Position numbers and translations under genes: made by a program
Notes under the pieces: generated by a model
Told to the model about the DNA's origin: nothing
The model's input: the letters and a program-made list of their open reading frames with translations, nothing else
Databases searched by the model: none
Shown: positions 61,101 through 64,000 of the stretch, piece after piece
Position numbering within the stretch: position 1 is the stretch's first letter
Layout: every line of letters begins with the position of its first letter
Assembly: GCA_965655095.1 (NCBI GenBank)
Contig: OZ296649.1
Span: 92,628,001-92,692,000 of the forward strand
Length of the DNA: 64,000 bases
From: Haplodiscus bocki
Taxonomy: Eukaryota
Direction: 5' to 3'

Positions 61101-63582
61101 GAAATTTCGTTCGTATAACTTCAAATACTAGTCAGAATGGAAACTGTGGCTTTCGGCTCCTCCACGTTGTCTGTTGCGCCCACTCGGCCGGCTCTATTCA
61201 TACCCTCAGTACGCGCGTGGAAAAATTACTTAACACCGTCAAATGCGAAACAGTTTTAGAATAGAAATCGGTACACTCGAATTGGGATTTGTTCTGTTAA
61301 CTCCCACCATTGGTAACGAAAATTTGTAGTTCTTTTGACTTATTAGATTCAGAACTTGAAGATTTCGGCTTTTGAGATTTCGTCATGTACACATTGTTTT
61401 ATTTTTGTGGACATCTATGGGACTGCCACTTACTAGAAGGACTATGTTACAACAGCTATCAATCAACTGGATTGACCTTAAGGATGGTATTAGCTTGTAT
61501 TGGAAAAAAGTGTCAAGTGTCAAGTTACAATGAGTTTTCAGTTGAGGAAATTTCTCAAAGCCAAACCTATTCATATCGAAGTTTCAACTTTTTTCTGAGC
61601 TAATTTCGAGAAACACCACACAAATGTCCAGAACGCCGACGCTACAACTGAAAAGTTATATAACCGCTTACGTATAAAGCCAATAGGACTAGAAGACTAT
61701 TGCATGTATACTTAATGTTAGGACGAAAAAAGTATTAGCTTGAAGCAGTCTTTATGTTAACACTTGGTTCTCTTTTGTTGCTCAATTAAAGACCAATTTT
61801 AGGTTCCTTTTTCGTATTCGGAATGCTCTCATTGATCATCAAACCAAGGAAATTACCTAAAAGCTGGAACTTCCCTAAAAGCTGGAATTTCCCCAACGAA
61901 ATTAATCGTTACAGCAGATAAAAATGGCTTCTGGAGAAAACCATGCCTAGTATTGTCAGTTTGATTTTTCAAGTTAACATGTGGTTTCGACAGCCATTTT
62001 ACTTTCTGTGGTCATACCAGCTGCTCCCTTTCGGTGTTCTATCAAAAAAGGTGGGTTATTCTAGTCTGGCTTTTTAGGTTCAATTGCAATTTAATGGTAC
62101 TTTGGCAAGGCTGTAGTCATTATTACTGGAATTATTAGGTCAGTCATGTTAACAAGGCTGCCAAGGCGAATGCCGTTGATAATTCACTTTTTATGGAATT
62201 CATTCGTCATAATTTCGCTCATCGATAATAAAAGCATGCGAAATTGGGAATTATTGAACTACTGGTTTTAACTATTGCAAACAGCAAAAAAATTGAATCA
62301 TGTCACTTGTTTTCAAATGACTAAATGTATCATTGACTATTAGTTGTGCATTAGTGGCCAGTGAGGGAATTGGAAATTCGGCAAAAATATTTCCTGTTTC
62401 TGAAAGCCCCAGTAAAGTAGTTCTTCGGGCACAATATAAAATCGAGGATCGGCTCCCTGTAAGTGATGGGATGAATTTGTTTAAATTGTTCATAATTTAC
62501 TGCAGACAGGACTCGAAGCATTATCTTTGAATGTGTACAGCCTCACAATTACAGATCTACTTGGAAGCTCACTAAATTCCTCTAATACCGAATGTAAATT
62601 TGTTGGCCATTGGCCTGTCCTACGTCAATGGCCATGAATTATTCTGCCATTGTACGGGACATTGAGGTGGAATGCGACCTCCATTAGAATCGATGCACTG
62701 CCAGTAGGCGATGATATCAAAAGAGTTGGGAAATATCCTAAACAAACCTGTTTCATGATCAAAAGTGACTCTTCGCATGTGATACTCGAACGGAGACTTG
62801 TCCGTTTCTTCACCCGTGTTCAATATCCACTTGCTGATCTGGGCATGCTGGGAAATTCTGTTCCAGTTGGCGATGCCGATTATCTTGAAGGAAGGCGCCT
62901 TAGCCGTGCCCATCCAACTAGTCATTTGAGCATCTTTCAACGCATCACAAGTTATTGCATCCACACCTGACCAACATTTCTACTTTTCATTCCAGTCATT
63001 GAACACGTCAATGCATTCCCATTTCTAACTAATAGTTGCTACAGTATGCAGCAAAACACCCGTTGAAAAATGGCCTAAAGATACTCCTTCCACTGTTTTG
63101 CTATTTGATCAACCAAAAAATACACTGAGCGATGATAAATTTAGCGAACGTTTCAATCAAAACTGAGCAAGTTAAATGTTTTGAGGCCAAACATTTTTGA
63201 CAAGGTTATGATTGTACCAAAAAATGTTGAAAGTTTTTCAATTTTTATGGGATTTCTAAGGTATTTGAGCATTTCAGTTCCAACTCTCCGAAATTGACAA
63301 CAGATATTAGTGTAGAGTCTGCAACCTTGATTGGTTCCGCCAGTGAGAATCCAACAGCTGGTTGAGCAAACTGCCCGCAGAAGTCCCTGCTTTAGTCTCA
63401 TAAGGTAACGGGGCAGCATGTTGACTGGTCTACCTGTTGTGCCTACCACAGAGATGCAAATATTAGGCAGATTCAAGTCCCAATCCTCGATGAGATGCTC
63501 AACTACAATGACCGGATGGGTGTCATCTGCTACGATTGTCAAATCCGCCATCTTGTCTATTGCACCCACTTCCGATACTATT
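12503..63582 (-). CDS. TRPM-family transient receptor potential channel, 15 spliced coding exons, >=1506 aa, 5' end unresolved
   Basis: Exons in transcription order: 63582-63326, 62966-62748, 27922-27541, 27264-27128, 26093-25840, 24711-24555, 24127-23895, 22980-22741, 22429-22046, 19821-19655, 18665-18404, 17625-16994, 16088-15939, 13907-13489, 13131-12503. All introns are GT-AG with matching phases (4522 nt total). Motifs: WDLNLPNICISVVG, WILTGGTNQGV, IPTVLILIGG, IPIILCEGTG, DVAIMRALLK, ALVEDKVEFIKLFLEHG, PFRELCIWAIL, FIAHP..W.GGL, FYTSPIAKF, KLGPMWIMIRKM, LMLNLLVAIY, FLPPP. The subfamily member cannot be assigned. Confidence 0.93.
14180..14340 (+). repeat. Two units of the ~110-125-bp degenerate repeat (ctggacacgtagaatgcagttttgaca core)
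   Basis: Cores near 14182 and 14287. Same family as 32200-33150. Confidence 0.7.
14350..15030 (+). repeat. Degenerate ~185-bp tandem array (about 3.5 units)
   Basis: The motif aaacc(g/a)agcta..tt.g.cca...aaagt...ggtcgtt...agggctcc.aattg recurs at about 14399, 14584, 14770 and 14953. Confidence 0.8.
19935..19958 (+). promoter_or_regulatory. Candidate COQ6 promoter element: tandem TTTCGCGATA
   Basis: Exact 10-mer at 19935-19944 and 19949-19958 (palindromic TCGCGA core, E2F-like), about 160-180 bp upstream of the COQ6 ATG. A putative 5'UTR intron lies at 20029-20109. Confidence 0.4.
20116..21791 (+). CDS. COQ6: Ubiquinone biosynthesis monooxygenase COQ6 (460 aa; exons 20116-20469 and 20763-21791)
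   Basis: YDVIISGTGISG (FAD GxGxxG), [68 protein letters not shown]..N. Phase-0 intron CAG|gtaaga...ttttag|GTC. Confidence 0.95.
23000..23340 (+). mobile_element. HINE/Helentron-like element, 5' portion
   Basis: Starts ttattattttcgccatatttataatatggaa and aligns by eye with 26300 onward (...aaaaattgcacgattt...aaatttgcc.tagaatgcg). Confidence 0.65.
24858..25480 (-). mobile_element. HINE-like element carrying tRNA-like Pol III promoter modules
   Basis: On the minus strand it ends ...cccggccattcccggcttgtt. It contains an A-box-like TGGCCAAGAGG (25291-25281) and a B-box-like GGTTCGAGACT (25257-25247) followed by a T-run, plus a second B-box copy near 25427-25437. Confidence 0.5.
26300..26799 (+). 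mobile_element. Complete-looking HINE/Helentron-like non-autonomous element (~500 bp)
   Basis: Subterminal inverted repeats ttttcgccc ... gggcggaaaa, then a short GC-rich imperfect hairpin-like stretch and a cttgtt end. T-rich flanks, no clear TSD. Related ends occur at about 18300-18387 and 31827-31915 (minus). Confidence 0.65.
27389..27592. repeat. Near-perfect tandem duplication (105 + 99 bp) spanning a TRPM exon end and its 5' splice site
   Basis: 27389-27493 and 27494-27592 differ by one substitution and a 6-bp micro-duplication. Confidence 0.95.
27541..27922 (-). CDS. TRPM exon immediately after the giant intron
   Basis: The phase-1 join gives GERFPAFNPICSYFVGVESGIHASKGTEVFVRSALEELI (equivalent of the LNxNHSHFILVDxG..GxE..R..LE block), followed by IPTVLILIGG. 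Confidence 0.9.
28830..29420 (+). pseudogene. DNA-transposase C-terminal relic (family uncertain)
   Basis: VGNAQKVLRHARPLLEPQT (cf. AxKVLxRHxWYLxPE) and YEEAFTTLKVV (cf. LKVVNDxAERG) resemble, from memory, invertebrate cc8K15.2-like transposase-derived proteins. Confidence 0.4.
30250..31100 (-). pseudogene. Mutator/MULE transposase relic
   Basis: EVIVT-FKRQA...VFGEA (cf. IxTDFExA...VFP) and KYFVKK..SAPKVPIEL (cf. YFxxT...PxFPxxLW). Heavily frameshifted. Confidence 0.45.
32200..33150 (+). repeat. Degenerate ~125-bp tandem array (7-8 units)
   Basis: The core ctggacacgtagaatgcagttttgacaa recurs at about 32356, 32475, 32605, 32732, 32856, 32970 and 33105. Confidence 0.85.
33220..34400 (+). repeat. 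Degenerate ~185-bp tandem array (about 6 units), same family as 14350-15030
   Basis: Recurrent gagcta..ttt...ctccaaattgcctaattttgc units at about 33412, 33600, 33782, 33951, 34132 and 34315. Confidence 0.8.
34810..35450 (-). pseudogene. LTR-retrotransposon (copia-like) gag relic
   Basis: QLVKDTD*DANDAFK*LMRHCVSSGA resembles the copia gag DGxxAxxxLxxxYxSxG motif. There is a degenerate CCHC-like end, KP*CNCRTG...CFYN. Confidence 0.35.
36690..37165 (+). repeat. Degenerate ~83-bp minisatellite (about 5 units)
   Basis: The motif ata.ctagc.taggcat....at..gactctt.ggtt.ttttg recurs at about 36771, 36855, 36938, 37021 and 37106. Confidence 0.6.
37810..41380 (-). pseudogene. Protein-primed family B DNA polymerase (pPolB) pseudogene
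   Basis: Colinear fragments: DKMLTNLFSF..SGYILGQI..FEGSSHLP; PLVIHFQLE; CHRTYQGRYSGFAHDDCN (endonuclease VII-like); NCQNLGYSQELYLETDAPLLACISEEFHKLC (cf. LYLKTDVLLLADVFExFR); KIIRGG; AASNLYGG (cf. DANNLYG); FFKLSCFG (cf. KLMNNSxFGK); FAQQQQINHDLFK. Confidence 0.9.
41866..42330 (-). CDS. Uninterrupted 154-codon ORF of unknown function between protease and pPolB
   Basis: Open in the ORF track and on the same strand as neighbouring Polinton genes. GTG start only; no motif recognised. Confidence 0.35.
   Translation of the reverse strand: MKNTQLETLRKSFQNANQSCAVVSVAGVSKIGTIWKNFYMNTVPIYDIYAFEACKAHYFSESGRVVFGVASQTIEMPLFLALDFWSKKLPRNLGGKWILVESFGAWTHSGDPTLQMDPFDDKFRSKRYKPKLRYVPQEKNKVALVGQQIEVLRR
42440..42860 (-). 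pseudogene. Adenain-type cysteine protease pseudogene (Polinton B)
   Basis: DAANIFPISLEP..IVSADEADQSRQ*WLLL..KHFFDRSL (cf. GVFAADxFP...IVNTD...GxHWLL...FxDxLG). The catalytic His codon is now a stop. Confidence 0.7.
42890..44110 (-). pseudogene. Polinton major capsid protein (double jelly-roll) pseudogene
   Basis: KTAIEFE..LQNITLK; KILSANGDCLHKVFIRTRFPHDARKSTLLICHGYSY; C-terminal EALAFGHH..KAFDITSTQ..HENLHPE..GQASSICIHFTRNTSK. Confidence 0.8.
44130..44480 (-). pseudogene. Polinton basic core protein relic
   Basis: AGPAKQKSVE.. (cf. YFxGxxRQRGxG), VAQVAISLAK and C-terminal QRSTLDFFSRV (cf. RSxxDFF). Located between penton and MCP. Confidence 0.6.
44490..45320 (-). pseudogene. Polinton minor capsid (penton) pseudogene
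   Basis: DEFKKFLESTDSEAVYPENN...AHPIQLDLDWSVALVGIAF (cf. FYxTLxSxxS..YPxNT..F...L..PIxLxGxWxVALxxI). Confidence 0.8.
45320..46260 (-). pseudogene. Retroviral-like (rve) Polinton integrase pseudogene
   Basis: KKFQTLTV; VWSDK*AEFEEVFKSFC; KSAFAELNI..LYKHL (cf. KSAFAERNIRSLK); C-terminal KKIPTQKG / NPPTY segment. Confidence 0.85.
47090..47830 (-). pseudogene. FtsK/HerA (A32-like) packaging ATPase pseudogene
   Basis: KELENCLNFCDDLC (Walker B, cf. LLIFDD), ANVAVACLHRN (cf. AxxGRH), DQTKWSHNIDI (cf. QSKxSRTIxLN) and LIDFDH. Walker A is decayed. Confidence 0.75.
48200..58850. other. Second block of densely packed, intron-less decayed ORFs, probably an endogenous DNA-virus fragment
   Basis: Long frames with sparse stops (e.g. 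minus frame 50487 to ~49670), coding-like composition, no splice structure, and a helicase-like relic. Interrupted by a short non-coding insertion at about 52780-52950. Confidence 0.5.
55950..57820 (+). pseudogene. Superfamily 1 helicase relic with herpesvirus UL5-like motif order
   Basis: One frame carries CIAGYT (55987), KTYFGF (~56071-56088), ITGNGAS (56224) and SAIYFVDEAG (Walker B, IYFVDEAG at 56422-56445). Downstream are LTELTQLIERKYRIT and a motif-V-like CATVDMT*..GRT (57663). No clean Walker A. Confidence 0.5.
62748..62966 (-). CDS. TRPM exon immediately before the giant intron
   Basis: G-VDAITCDALKD...KIIGIANWNRI...DHET. Phase-1 donor G|gtttgt. Confidence 0.88.
63326..63582 (-). CDS. 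TRPM exon, MHR1/2 (SLOG-like) region
   Basis: DDTHPVIVVEHLIEDWDLNLPNICISVVG...LKQGLLRAVCSTSCWILTGGTNQG. Acceptor cttttcag, donor G|gttgca. Confidence 0.9.
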
Positions 63583-64000
63583 CTGAAAAGATAATGACGC
63601 TACTGGATATCAATCATGATTCATTTTTGGAAAAAATACGAGTAGATTTAAGTAGACCTACTTTTATTTGCTCATCATTTATTCTCAGATAACCAGTAAC
63701 GCAACTAAAAGAGCAACAACAACAATAGTCAATACACCAAAACAAGCAAAATCAGAAGAATCCAGAGTGGCCAAAATGGGAGTGGCCGACAAGGTCTTAC
63801 ATACAGAAAGGGCAATCACTGCTGGAAACTTGGCGCTGCCTTCCTCAAAACGGACAACTGTTATAGCCATAAACGAATTTTAGAAATGGCACAGAAAGCC
63901 CTACAATACTGGGAAAAGATTTACATTTTTATGATAGAACAAATCTTTAAAAAGTATTCATGATAGAAAATAGTCAACGCTTGGAAACCTCGGAAAAATA

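Noticed and set aside
62650-62970. 106-aa plus-strand ORF
   Set aside because: Antisense shadow of a TRPM exon. The same applies to ORFs such as 22019-22324, 13496-13825 and 26967-27398.
63600-63883. Hydrophobic 61-aa minus ORF, 71-aa plus ORF, or candidate extra TRPM exon 63704-63662 (CVTGYLRINDEQIK)
   Set aside because: The candidate exon needs a weak alternative acceptor at 63600 to stay in frame. The ORFs have no recognisable homology. Cannot be supported without transcripts.

Overview
AT-rich, intron-containing animal (invertebrate-like) genomic DNA with three host genes. (1) The last two coding exons of GALE (+, 592-1656). (2) A large, divergent TRPM-family cation channel gene on the minus strand. 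I could splice 15 GT-AG exons (63582 down to 12503) into one open frame of about 1506 aa; the N-terminus is not resolved. (3) An intact two-exon COQ6 gene (+, 20116-21791) nested antisense inside a 2.2-kb TRPM intron. The TRPM gene also has a 34.8-kb intron (27923-62747). This intron holds a decayed but near-complete Polinton/Maverick gene set (packaging ATPase, integrase, penton, core protein, major capsid, adenain protease, protein-primed PolB; about 37.8-47.9 kb). Directly beside it is a further ~11 kb of densely packed, intron-less decayed ORFs, including an SF1 helicase whose motifs resemble herpesvirus UL5. A second, apparently different Polinton remnant carrying DUF4116-like repeat genes lies between GALE and TRPM (about 3.5-9.3 kb). 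The rest is Helentron-like (HINE) elements, MITEs, transposase and gag relics, and degenerate 83/125/185-bp arrays. All pseudogene calls come from manual translation and recalled motifs, not database searches, and their boundaries are approximate.
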